A stretch of 60,405 nucleotides of DNA, filler included, from Ionaspis alba (Eukaryota), in the NCBI GenBank assembly GCA_964255285.1. It is 9 parts of 9 records of this genome, joined end to end, with 100 filler letters (N's around TTAATTAATTAA, not from the genome) between each part and the next. Parts side by side here need not be neighbours in the genome. Positions count along the whole stretch, not along the records: positions 20,212 to 26,843 come from CAXUUL010000901.1; positions 26,944 to 33,567 come from CAXUUL010000902.1; positions 33,668 to 40,288 come from CAXUUL010000903.1; 6 more parts are not named here. One strand, written 5' to 3'. Below are positions 23,390 to 36,173 of the stretch, piece by piece. Every line of letters begins with the position of its first letter. Within the stretch, counting starts at the first letter, position 1. The translations under genes were made by a program, and so were the position numbers. Below the pieces are notes generated by a model. The model was given only the letters and a program-made list of their open reading frames with translations. It was not told the DNA's origin and did no database searches.

Positions 23390-25295
23390 CTATGCCAGAA
23401 CACTATATGGATTGTCCGAACGCTGATCAGTGTGTGCTAAATGCTTCCTCGTTCCACCTTCGTCTTGTTTAAATTTTTGATATTTCTTTTTGGTTGACTT
23501 GATGCTTATCCATCCGACATCGACATGCGATGGATCCGTGGAATGTTCTTCTACCTCCTTTCCCTTTGCTGGTTGTGCTTGACCCCCTCCTGTTTTTCCA
23601 TCATTTATGATGAATTCAAGGACTTGATCGGTAGTCACTATCGCTGTGGAAGACTTAATCAATTCCGTTCGAGAAGGCATCAAGATGCCTAGTGGTGGCA
23701 AGCTAGCCAGACGCTGGTTGAGTTCAAGTAGCTCAGGTAACGCACTATTACCATTGATCTGAATTACGTATCCCAGAACCTGCTTGAGAATTCTGACAGA
23801 ATACAGAGCGGCCTCGAGCTGGGCGGCAAGATGGATGTCCTGCCAAGATAATCGTATCTCATCTCTTCCCACGAATGCTTTGCTTGACATATTGCTTGGC
23901 GGTAGAGTTCTGCCCTCCAAATACCAAGAAAAGACCTCCATCATGCCAAAGATCCTCCAGGTGAGCCAAGCCGGCATTGGACCAAACTCCTCGTCGATAG
24001 CGGACAGTCTGCGACAGATTGTAGCAGCGTCACTTGTACAGAGGTATCCCTCCTCAGTCTGAAACATAGTAGGTTGGATTCGAGAACCTCGTCGACCATA
24101 CTCTAGCACTACGCTCGAGGAGTTTTGGGTGAGAAGAGCATAAGCGAAGCGGCGGAGATTCATGGCAATAGCCCAAGCAGAAGATCTCGATGGGTCGTCA
24201 ATAAGAACGGGCAGAAACATATATACTGGTTCGTGAGAAGGAGAACGATATTGCAAAATGAGCTCCGATACTCGAGCATCCATAAATACCTTTCTCGCAC
24301 CTTTAATGGATGCTCCAGGTGGATGAGACTGAATTGGCTCCAGACAATAGAGTTTGCCAAAATCCCGGAACGCTGATATTCTGGCTGATATCTCAATGTC
24401 CAGCTTTGAACGCTTAACAGCCTCGTTCAACGTGATCGTATAATCTTCGCTCAGCTCAAAAGCCAGTCGAATGAGGTTGCTAAGACCTAATTGCTTTGCT
24501 ATCTCGACTGGTCTTTGGAGTCGCGCTCTCAAACATCGACACCTATCCTCACAACTCTGGAGCTCGATACTACTGAACGAGGTCAATGCGCCTTTTTCTC
24601 CGAGATCATAGACCAAGAGGTCCGAGTCGTTGGTCAGGACAATGCTATCCGTACTCCGAGCAGCAGCCGCACAGTATGGATCCGCTTCTCCGGGCACAAC
24701 TTCCGTGATAGACGAATACTCGCTGGCACCCAACCTATCGAGAATTGCCGGCACTAAGAATGGGGCGTCGATAACACCGCCAACTCTGCTAGGCAACGGT
24801 CTCGAGGAGTCAAATAAAATCTCCGCGTTGAGAGGCGCTACATGAGACCCTTTTTTCGCAGACTTGAAATCTCCGTAACTCGCACGAACTGCTACCAATT
24901 TCTGAAGACTGAGCTCCAAGCGCTTTAAGCGTGTGGATTGCTTTTCAGGAGGGAGAAAGCCATCGAAATAGATCTTCTCACTGCATAAAGTCTCAGTTCA
25001 GGCATATATTGGATTATATCTATCCGTACATCACAATCCCATGCTTAGACAGCTCTTGGAGGAATAACAGCGTAGCGTCACCTATCTCCTTGTACGAAGG
25101 CAATGCATCAAGCGCGTGCCAGGACGCCGGCTTCCATGCGAGGATCCTGTAGAATATGTGATATGCTAGACCTGGTCCGTCGATAACCATAGATGTAGGT
25201 CCATCTTCATGAACAGAGCATGTTGAATTGCTACAGCCTATAGTAGCTGCTGTTGCGTATGGCTCTAAGTAGGTAGTTAGACGACGAATGCCCAT
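23390..25295 (-). CDS. Asteroid/XPG-like (PIN-fold) nuclease domain protein, 2 exons
   Basis: MGIRRL..VIDGPGLAYH..PSY, then an intron at about 24983-25029, then YFDGFLP, VPGEADPYCA and LTNDSDLLVYD (acidic residues of the XPG/FEN-like family). Confidence 0.85.
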
Positions 25296-25809
25296 GGTCA
25301 GGTTTGTAGCTGTATCAAGCTGAGGTGATGAACTTCACCGGGTGCAAGGGAATGGCGCTATCAAAGCACTGAAAGCACAGCATGCTGCTTATGTGGAATT
25401 GATGAGCGGAAGTTAAGGAAGGATTTACAGAATTTTTCATGTCTGTACCCGAGACAAATCATACAGTGGAGCAGCTTGCCAACACAACACGCAAAAGAGG
25501 GGACTGGCCAGCAGACAAAATTGCATAACATTCATCGATGGTCTTCGCCGCCATCAGCAGAAACCACTCATACGTTGAATGCAGAGGGACAAAGCGGCGA
25601 GGGCCCTTAAAATCGATTTTGGGTATAGTCATATTGCATACGTCTCTAACATTGAAAGACCTAATCTATTTACGACCCAGGACGATCGTCCATATTATGC
25701 TTCCGAGCCCTGGACGCCATGCTGAGAATCACACACGCACGACTTGCAGAAACACAATCCCAACAGAAATATAACAATGATATGAGTCCTTTCGCAAGGC
25801 GATACCACA

Positions 25810-26843
25810 CTAGAGCTCGAATTCTTGATCCAGCCAATGCTTGACCACAATCTTTCCTTCCGCAAATCCCTTTCGCTTTCCCCTGACAATGATAGCGGCG
25901 TGAGAATGTCGCACAAGCTGGATATGTACAAGGTTCTTCTTGAAGCCAACGGCATCCAGACTAGAAATCATCTCAAATTGCTCTGGCGAAAGAGCAAGTG
26001 TGGAAAAGCCAGAGTTGGTGTTCGACCTTGAACGACTGAGTTTTAGACTCCGCTTTTCCTCTTCGTTGTCCCTTGATGACTCAGAATCGGTCGAATCGAT
26101 TTCGGTTGAGCTCTCGGGGTTGTCGGTAAGACGTTCCTGCTGCTGATTTGCATTCGCGCTTTCGAACGCTCCGGAGACCGCTTGCCGAGCGTTTTCCACC
26201 ATTAGAGGGATTCTATAATTCTGAAGGCCTACTCCTGCCTTTCCTTCTTCGTGTAATCGGATTCGCGCATTGCTTCGAAATTGTTGAATGCCAGAGTTGA
26301 CAAGGAAGACCATGCTACCGATTGGTATGAGCACAGTAAGTGCAGCGTATAGTGGGATTTGAGTGAGAAGGGAGGTTCCACCACCCACGAGACGTGAGTA
26401 TACTGTGAGCTCTTGTCTTTTCGGCGAGACTGGATGTTTTGGGTCGAGAATGGCCGGATATTCTTTGAGGTATTCTATCTTGACGCTTTCTATGTCTTCA
26501 AACGGATCGACCTTGGTGATAGCAGTTGTGTAATATGGCGCAGATCGATCATTTTGGATGTTTGCATATAGGACTCGGTTTTTGAAACGAGAAAGACCTT
26601 TAATGAAGATACTAGATGGGTCTGCCAGCACGCTGAGTAGCGGCCGTCCTTGATCACGGAAAGAGTCGATCAAGAAAAGCTGGGTTCCAGATGTCGAGAG
26701 CGTTCTTGAGCCGAGAAAGTTCCAGGCCGAACTATGGTACCCCCGTAAAGGCGTCCGGACACCAAGATGAGGAGCGGCGAATGTAGTGAAGTTCACGGGT
26801 TCTATCCTGTCGAACATGCCCCGTGCATACAGAAGACCGCAAC
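25810..26843 (-). CDS. DUF676 putative serine esterase/lipase (Rog1-like), 5' end truncated
   Basis: NFTTFAAPHLGVR, RTLSTSGTQLFLID, LYANIQNDRSAPYYT, a TM segment and HSHAAIIVR. Confidence 0.85.
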
Positions 26844-27219
26844 NNNNNNNNNNNNNNNNNNNNNNNNNNNNNNNNNNNNNNNNNNNNTTAATTAATTAAN
26901 NNNNNNNNNNNNNNNNNNNNNNNNNNNNNNNNNNNNNNNNNNNTTCGGTTGCAGGACTTGGGCGGAATTATTGGCTTCACGGGATGAATCATGATGTTTT
27001 GATTTGGGAGGACTACGGTGACGGAATTCTTGGGAAGTTTGGCGGCTTTTTGTGGTTGCGAGCGGGTTTTGGGAGGGCTTTTGGGACTCGTGACGATTGG
27101 CTTTGGCTTGAGATGAGGAATTCAAGGAGTGTACTTTGGTTGTGTTGTACTATTAGGGTACTGTACCCGATACTTCTAGACTGACGAAGCTATGAAAAAA
27201 ACCATATAAGTCCCCTGCC

Positions 27220-27394
27220 GGTTATGACCTCTTTCGCAGCATGTATCAATCTTTTTGAGGAGATCCTAAATATCTTCTGGGGCATCTTCGATGGAACACT
27301 AGAAGTCGAGTAGTTGCTGGATACCGCTGACGATTCGGATTGCAAGAGACCAAACACTGACTCCACTGGCTACTTCACCGAGGACTTCTGCCAT
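27220..27394 (-). pseudogene. Degenerate gene starting with a fungal HeLo-like (STAND N-terminal-type) domain
   Basis: It reads MAEVLGEVASGVSVWSLAIRIVSGIQQLLDF*CSIEDAPEDI*DLLKKID, with in-frame TAG stops at codons 32 (27301-27299) and 43 (27268-27266). The downstream extent is unclear. Confidence 0.65.
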
Positions 27395-28269
27395 GATTCT
27401 GCCAGCAGATGGATAAAAACTTCATTACGGCTTTTTTGGTAGACGTTAGATGTAGTCGTAAAAGGTGAAGCTGAACCTGCAACCTCCCGTACTCTATTTT
27501 GTGGCACTGTAGTCACGAACCAATTGTTTCGAATGCTTTGAAGGTTGAACCAGAAGCGTTAGAGGCATACACAAACGCGAACTCTATAAGAGAATATGCA
27601 AAAATGGAGTCCATAACTTCTGGCAGCTTAGGCGTAGAATCTGCTGGTGAAGACAACATCAAATGATTTCGTTGTCAAGCAAAGTACAGAAAAGTTGCAT
27701 TGTACATAGTATCCTACGTCTTGAAGAAATCTTGACCAACAGGAACGATATCTTATCAACGGCGGACCTTCAATCAAGCATCAACAATGGCCGACCTTAC
27801 CATGTTGTGCATGGCGTGGGTGTTTTAGCCTTGATCCTTACTGCTGCAGGGTGTTCTGCTTCCCTGTTTCTGGCTGCAGCTGCCCCCGAAGTCAATTGAA
27901 CAGGGATACGCCATAATCTTTCGCCTCTGATACCCGGCATCTTGCGATCGCTCTCGTCTCTCCTCTTTCCTTTGTCGCGCTATCCTGCCTTGCTGAGACG
28001 TCAAGTTCCTTCCCGTAGAAGGCAGGCAGGTAGGAAGGGAAGGAAGAGAAGCGGAAAGGGCAATTGCGACACCACCTACTTTCGTTTCAGATACTTTGTT
28101 TCTGCCAGAAGCTCTAATCGATAATCAACAAACTCGCTCGCTCAGTACCACCACACGAGTTTATCCATACTCAGCATTCGTTCACAATACTTTGAGAGAG
28201 GACACAACTGGCCATTGGTCGTCTCCTCCAGTACACACAATAAGGTCGCAGAGCGACCTCCATAACATA

Positions 28270-29839
28270 ATGTTTATCAAAGCCCTTACAATCGCTGCGC
28301 TCTTTGTAGCCGGGGCTGTCCAAGCTGTCACACCGATATCGAAGATATCTATCGTTGGGTCCAAGTTCTTCAAGGAGAACGGCGACCAATTCTATATCAA
28401 AGGTGTGTGACAGACCAGTCTTTTTGTCTCCCGGCTCGCAAGCTAATAACCTCATGATAGGCGTGGCATACCAGCTTACAGAACATGATCCTCTCATCGA
28501 CACCAACCAATGCCAGCTCGATGCAAAGCAGATGCAGGATGTCGGTGCCAATGCCATACGGGTTTATCATGTAGATCCCATGGGAGATCACAGCGGTTGC
28601 ATGAAGGCTTTCGCCGATGTTGGCATCTATCTTTTCGTGGACCTAGACACCTTCAGTACTCAGATTACTCAGGTAGGCAGCTCAAGGTTGTCAAGCTATA
28701 AGGTCAATTAGCTCACAGTGAGGTACTAGGAATTACCTAGGTGGAACGAGACCCAACTGTCGGCGTTCGAGAAAGTGCTCGATGAATTCCAGGTGAGCAG
28801 GCTCAGTCAAGCATTTGAATACGGCAGCATTGACTTTACCACAGAAATACGACAATGTTGCAGGCGTCTTTGTGGGGAACGAGATCATCACCTTCGGTAT
28901 GGCATATGTGATCATTGATAAGTGTTCATACTGACTGCTTACAGCTAATGGCTCGGATGCTGCCCCGTACATCAAAGCTGCCACGAGAGACGTCAAGGCA
29001 TACAGGGACTCCAAGGGATACCGGGCAATTCCTATCGGCTACTCCGCAGGTGAGGCGAGGATCTTGTCAGCAGGATACGACAGACTGACGCCAATGCAGC
29101 CGATATATCTAGCCTGAGACCCATGCTTCAGAATTACCTTGCCTGTGGTGGCAACACATCCGAAAACCTCGACTTTTTCTCTCTAAACGCCTACGAGTGG
29201 TGTGGTGCTGCATCGTCTTATCCGATCTCGGGCTATATCGACCTGCAAAAGAACGCCAGCGACTACAACATTCCCATATTCCTGTCAGAGACAGGTTGCA
29301 ATACAGCCCCACCGCGGCTATTTGATGATCAATCCGCGATCTTCGGCTCTCAGATGGCAAATACATGGTCCGGATCTATCATCTATGAATGGCTTGAGGA
29401 AGCAAATAACTACGGCCTCATCAGCTACGGACCAAAAGCAGCTGCAACGGCAACGGATGCCTTGGCAGGATATACACGTTCTGGCACTCCCACTCCCATC
29501 TCACCTGACTATACCAACTTAAAGAATCAATGGAAGACACTCACACCCACCGGTGTCAAGCTCTCAGACTATTCTGCCGAGGCATCGAAGCTATCTGCTC
29601 CCGCCTGCCCATCCTCCACTGCGGACGGCTGGCTAGTCAACGGCAACCCTGCTCTTCCCACTCTCGGCCAGACACTTGATCGCCCCGGCCCCACTGCGAC
29701 CGCCGCCTCTGGCGCAACAGGCACCAGCTCCTCCCCTTCCGCTTCAGCAACAAAGGGCACCGCAAATGGAGGCAAGGAGATTGCGGGCATGACCATCGGC
29801 TTAGCAGGTGTGATGTTGAGTTTCATTGTATGGTTGTAA
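28270..29839 (+). CDS. GH72 beta-1,3-glucanosyltransferase (Gas/Gel family), GPI-anchored, multi-exon, no CBM43/X8 domain
   Basis: Signal peptide, FYIKGVAYQ, NAIRVYHVD, GNE, IPIGYSA, NAYEWCG, FLSETGC and WSGSIIYEW, followed by a Ser/Thr linker and a hydrophobic GPI tail. Confidence 0.95.
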
Positions 29840-30515
29840 AAAGAGCGAGCACCAGACTCCTGTGGAGTTAGCTTTCTATTCTTCTGTACAAAGTTTTGAG
29901 CCGGGCCTTGTGGCTGGCTTTTTGCCAATACTTCTTATAATATCGTGCATAGATTTGTTGTACGACGCATAACATACATGAGCTTGGGCGTTAGGACAGG
30001 TAGAGCGATTGAGACAGAGCGGCTGGCTTAGCAGTGATGAATGACAGATTTTTGAGACCACTATTTGTATGACGAAATCCTACATGTTTGAGGATCTTGA
30101 TGACCATCTCTGAGCGCCGTGCGAATATCACCAGCCTCGACGTCTAAAAGCAGCGATAAGAAATTTTTTCAATTAGCTGGCTAAACCCTCCTATTCGAAC
30201 CTCAAGAGCGCCTGGCACGTTTCATTGGAAGGCGCAAATAGCTCCTCGGAGTAATTGCGGAAGCGAATGTTGAGATATAAGCCTTATGCAGTAAGTGCCT
30301 TCCTCTAGGTCTTCCAGCTGTTTCGCTTGCCCTAACATCTTCGACCAATCTGATTAGTGCAAACCCGCTTGTAATTGAACGTACATCTCAGTCACTGCAT
30401 CCTAAGCCCTCTCGCTATCTAAAAACCATGTTTGTGTCATTCCAGACAACATTCTAGATGATTTGTGCCACCTTACAGCAGGTTGCGTTCTCAGTCATGT
30501 CAAGAGCAGTCTAAG

Positions 30516-32351
30516 ATGAGCCTCTCAAGAGCTATTATGGCTACCATGGTACGAGGAAGAAGATCTCGCATACCGACAATACTGTTGATCTGTCTCCTGG
30601 TGCTCTTGTTCTGGGTCTGGAGAGATCTTGATGAGGTATAGCTCGACCATACTCAGCTCGGAGCGACGCTAAATGTTTATTAGAGACCGGGATTTTCATT
30701 ATCTCGACCTCGATACAGATCCTCATTAGATCTCAACCTACCGTTCGCTTCTTTGTTCGCTGGTCAAGACTCGACCGCATCAACCTCTGGAGCCCTACAT
30801 CTCAATTCGACCCCCGGAAATAGACCGCGCCAAGGTCCTTTTTTCCACGTATTAATTCCGGCGTCTGAAGCCAATGGAAGATTGTGCAAGAGTGTGCTGT
30901 CAACACATCTGCTAAACTTCCCCGCACCCACCCTCATCAACTTCGGAAAGGTCTTCGATGGTGAAGGATGGGACAAAGGCAGTCACACGGGCAAGATCCA
31001 AGGCGTTCACGAATTTCTTAGTCGAGAAATAGACTTCCACGACGACGATCTGGTCTTAATCATCGATGGCTACGATGTGTGGTTCCAGCTCCCTCCAGAA
31101 GTACTGGTCAGGAGATACCATGCCATGATCGAAGAGGCGAATCAGAGGCTGAGACGCGAGTACGGGACTGTCGTTCGCGAAACGCCATGGAAGATTTCTG
31201 GGACGGAGACAGTACAGAGATACAAGCAGACCGTTGTCTTTGGTGCAGATAAGCTATGCTGGCCAAATGATACTGACGCTCCGGCTTGTGCATCTCTCCC
31301 GGAGTCAACGCTTCGAAAGGATATCTATGGTCCACAAACAGACAAGGATCCCGAGGGATTTGCCAATCGACCCAAATATCTGAATTCGGGGACAGTCATT
31401 GGGCCTGTCGGTGATGTCCGTGCAATCTACAGGCGAGCAATGGAAATGGTTGAAGATGGTCGTGGCATACTAGGCGATCAGTTTGTCTTCGCCGAGATCT
31501 TTGGAGAGCAAGAGCAGCAACGTACGGCTGTCAAAGCCTCGAGTAAAGCTGATAGTAGCAAGTGGCTACTCCATCTCTCAGGGATGCAGTCGACAAACAG
31601 TCTGACTGACTATATTCCCGCCCCAGTTCAGAACGCTAGTCGGAGTTCAGAGTCACACTTCGAATTTTCCATCGGACTAGACTATCATTCTTACCTCTTC
31701 CAAACCTTGACCCATTCGATTGATGACATCGAATTCATTAACTTCACCAACACGACGACGCTCCTCAATGCGCAATCACTTCGCCAGATTCCAAAGCCAC
31801 AGCCTCTCACATTTCCTCCAGATCTCGAGCAAGCGAGGCCGCCATACCCATCTAAAAACACCCTCATCGACCTCGCAGCCAGTACGCTGCTTCCCACATC
31901 ATCCAACTACGAATCTCTCCCGGATAACACCACCTGGCACAATACCACCTTAGCCACAAATGTGCACACCCAACAGATCCCCACTCTTCTTCACATCAAC
32001 GGTGACAAATCCCCGCTTGATACATGGTGGTCTTCCATGTGGTTCCAACCGCACGCCCGGACTCTTTTACGGCACCAGATGAGATCGCCGCAGCCATTCA
32101 TCTGGGGTACTGGAACTGACGAAGAGAAGACGTGGGATATGAGAGGAGGGCGAGGTGGAGCGTGGATGACCAATGGAAGGTGGATGGAATGGGGCGAGCT
32201 GTGCAAAGGGTTTGAGGAGGAGGTCTTCGGAGACGGGAAGGGAGTTTGGGGAAAGGAAGAGGGCGATGGAAGGACGTTCAATTATTGGGGCCAGCAAATA
32301 ACGGGTGATGTGGTTAGTGCTAGAAGTGCGCAGAGGGATATAGAGTCATGA
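30516..32351 (+). CDS. Uncharacterised type II membrane protein with PLOD-like GT-A glycosyltransferase domain, 2 exons
   Basis: Exon 1 (30516-30635, ..RGRRSRIPTILLICLLVLLFWVW..) splices in frame through intron 30636-30683 into the 30753 ORF. Motifs: DDDLVLIIDGYDV, VFGADKLCWP, YLNSGTVIG, GDQ, LDY..LFQ and LLHING. Confidence 0.75.
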
Positions 32352-32730
32352 TATAGAATGGCATAGGAGAAAAGAAAGAGATAGAGAACGATTATGCGAA
32401 TTGAGAAACGGCACAATTGCACTCTGCCAGACAAATACTGAGCTGCGCGGACCACGACTGTTCCTGATTTATTGGGTGCTGCAGTGCTGAAGCCCGGCTT
32501 GAGCCGTTCGTTCCGTTCGGCGCGACGCACAAAGCTGTCTTGCCATAATGTTGAACCAACTATGAACCCTCCTTAGCAGAATTAAGCGAGGAACCTGCCA
32601 AGCGTTTCTATCGAACACCTGCGGAACAAGGCGAGCTAGGGTTATCCTAGATGTCATCTGAACCCTACTCTAAACATTCTCCACCGAGCTCATATCTGAT
32701 CCCTCTACCTTGGGAAATTGCACAGAAACG

Positions 32731-33567
32731 ATGGGTAAACCAAGGCTAAGTCAGTCAGGACATCGGCAGTTCCTCTTTATCGTCCAGCTAATGCAATCAT
32801 AGTCCTCCTTATCCGGCACGCGCAGAGCGAAGGGAATAGTACGTACCATATTTCTACAGCGGCAGACTTCTATATCTGCTAATTCAGGATACCAGAAAAC
32901 CGCGATATCCACCAGACCATCCCCGACCACCGTGTCAAGCTTACCCCCGAAGGCTGGAAACAAGTACTTCTCCCCTCTCCTGCCTCCTTCCGACAACCCA
33001 CAGCTAAACGATCTCTACCAGGCCGAAACAGCCGGTCGCAAACTCCGCTCTCTCCTCCGCCCTTCCGATACCCTTCACTTCTACACCTCGCCCTACCTAC
33101 GCACACGCGAAACAACCGAGGGCATCCTCCGCGCCTTGACCTCCGACTCCCCCACTCCATCCCCATTCCCCAGACACACCATCAAAGTCTACGAAGAGCC
33201 CCGCCTCCGCGAACAAGACTTCGGCAACTTCCAACCCTCCTCCGCAGAAATGAGCAGCATGTGGCGCGAGCGCGCCGCCTACGGGCATTTCTTCTACCGC
33301 ATCCCGAACGGGGAATCAGCCGCCGATGCCTATGACCGCGTAGCGGGCTTCAATGAATCGCTATGGCGGGGTTTCGGCGAAGAGAATTTCGCAAGCGTGT
33401 GTGTGCTTGTCACACACGGGTTGATGACAAGAGTGTTTCTGATGAAATGGTATCATTTCAGCGTGGAATACTTCGAAGACTTGCGGAATGTCGAGCACTG
33501 CGAGTTTGTGGTCATGAAGCGCGATGAGGGGAGTGGGAAATACGTGTTGCAGAATCAGCTCAGGACG
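32731..33567 (+). CDS. Histidine phosphatase / phosphoglycerate-mutase family (Det1-like), multi-exon, 3' end truncated
   Basis: The spliced product reads MGKPRLILLIRHAQSEGN..PDHRVKLT..FYTSPYLRTRET..EEPRLREQDFGNFQ..FFYRIPNGES..LVTHGL. Confidence 0.88.
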
Positions 33568-36173
33568 NNNNNNNNNNNNNNNNNNNNNNNNNNNNNNNNN
33601 NNNNNNNNNNNTTAATTAATTAANNNNNNNNNNNNNNNNNNNNNNNNNNNNNNNNNNNNNNNNNNNNGGGTGCGGGGTGAGGAGGAGGTGGAGGATGATG
33701 TGCTGGTTGAGGAGGGGGAGAGCGAGAAGTAGTCGATTGAGGTTATGGTTGAGGCTGGTGAGAGGGTTGATTTGGATGGTAGTGACCAGGTTGTGCCGTG
33801 GAGGGTTGGGGGTGTTCGGGCGTGCATCTTTGTGGTTGTGGTGGTGATGATTAAGAGGTGTTGCTGTGAGAGAATGTGGGCGCGGTTTGCGCGTGTGGTT
33901 ATGCTGCTGCTTTGAAGTGATGCTTTGTGGAGCACGACGATGATAGAGAGGGCATCGATATCGGCTTGCTTGCTTGCTCGGAGTCGCGCGAGTCGAAGGC
34001 GTGGATCGCGGTTCGATAGCGGAGTGGGGAGTCAGAAAGCGAAACCCTAGAAGCAGAGCCGGACGCGTCGATTATGTAGTGCGGCAAACACTTTTTTTTC
34101 TTTCTCGCTGGTTCCAACAGGTTTGTAAACGTTCCGGGATTCCGTGACGGAATGTTTGCGTTTTGATTATGGTTATAGTAGTGGTTGGCACGGTTTGCGA
34201 TGTGTCAAAATCGGATTATTATTGTTGTCTGTAAGATCTTGTGCGCCTGGGATGGATGCGTGCGCCACGTTGCCAACAATCGACGTGTTGTTTCTTTGCC
34301 CTTTCGCGTTGCGGACGGACGGGCTGCCGGGGGCGTGGTTTTCCCCGGTTGGCGTTTGTCGGTGTTTCAGGATATTTCTGATACCCGGCGCAGGTGGAAC
34401 GTGGGAAGAGCAGCAAGGCTATGCTCGGTCTGTTTTTGTGGGGGATGAAGATGAAGTTATATTCGGAGTGCTGTGGAGGAGGCTTAGTCGGTGAGGGTTT
34501 TTTTGATTATGTATTGTAGGAGCAGAGGATTACTAGAGGAAGATTAGATGGGATGAGAGTGTAGTTGTAATATTTGGGATTATGGAGGAGTAAGCAGAGC
34601 ATGGCACAGTCATATGGCTATTTGTATTATTGATGAGCATCCACTCCGATCATGCGAACGAGGAGTCAGGCAGACCGCCAAAAGCGAAAAGCACCACTCG
34701 TAAAGCAAGAAGGAAACCCAAGACAGCATGCTAGCCATATAGCATCGCGCAAGAGCGAGTGCCTCGTGGTTCTCGCGACCATATCTTGTCACCGTTACGG
34801 TAGAGTCATCCTCACTCGTCCCCAAGCACCACCAGTTGCAACTCCAGGAAGCGTGGCAGCCTTGAACTAAGCATATGCTTCCCGGACTCCCCAGCCAGCC
34901 AGATGATACCCGTTGGCTGCCTGACTCACCGCAACCACGCCCGTCGGATGCGGTCAGCCTCAGATCCGCATGGCAATCCAGATGCAAAGCATGCAGGGCT
35001 GGTCGGGGAAGAAGGAAAGAAGGGAGAAATACGGACGAAGGTGTTGGGCTGTTGTGGGCATGAGACGGATTGGTTGCGCTGAGGGCTGGGCAGCGTGGCG
35101 GCGTTGCGGTCGCCCCGAGGTAAGGCGATGGGCTGAAGGATTGGGTGGGAGAAGAGGGTGGTGAGTGGTAAATGCTGTATGGTTATTTCGCAACGGGCAA
35201 ATGGGGCCAGTCCGATGGAAGGGGAGATGGAGATTGGTTGGAATTGGCGGTGTGGTCACCGCTTGTGCAAGAGATTCGGCCTGGACTGGCCAGTCCGGCG
35301 TTGGTGATGGGAGAAATCGGATTGAGGATGAGGAGGAAGTGTTTTGTGCTGTTTCTGGTGAAAGGTGCGATATCCGACGGTAGGATGACGGTGAATCAGC
35401 GGGGCCGCAGTCAGCTGAAGCGGCGTGGAAGGAGCGTAAGAATTTCCACTCCGGGGAGTCAATAGAGGACGGCTCACCGTGGCATTACAAATTAGGGGCG
35501 AGATGTCCGGGGAGGACCAGCGGGAAGAGCCCCTGGTTCGCCGAGATGTGCTGTGCCCGGGGACTTCGTCAACTAAAACAATTATCCATCGATTATTACA
35601 TATTACCAACCTCCGCCTACTCTAGCCTATCACCGTGTTGCTTATAATTCTCTCCGGGTCTGGCTCCTCGTAACACACAAGGCAACCTTCACCAGTCCTA
35701 GCAGCATCCATCAATACCGGCTTGAGATTGTTCAAAGAAAGATTCTGACCTTGGATGGCATATTTCGAGTAACGGCGACTCCGTACAAAGTTACCAAACA
35801 TTCTACTAGAATGATTCTTGAATCATCAATATCTTTCAATATACACTGTTAAAACTCCTCGTATACTGTCAAATCATCAACGCAGCGACCAGCTGCCAGT
35901 CCTACTTCACCCTAATCCCCACGCTCGCCCAATCTTGGCCGACAAGGCGGTGCGCCATTTCTAATGCAGCAGTTGCCTTAGATCAGAGCCGCAGACTCGC
36001 CGACTACTTACTATATTGACCCCGCCCATTTGTGAAATGCGGCTGAACGATGATCTGTGATTCTAGATGTACTTGACATGTGAGACTTGCAACTAGATAC
36101 TTGAAATATTTGTGTACAGTCTTGTTGAATAATCCTTCATCCTAAGAGTTGTTGTGATTTGTCTAAATCCACA

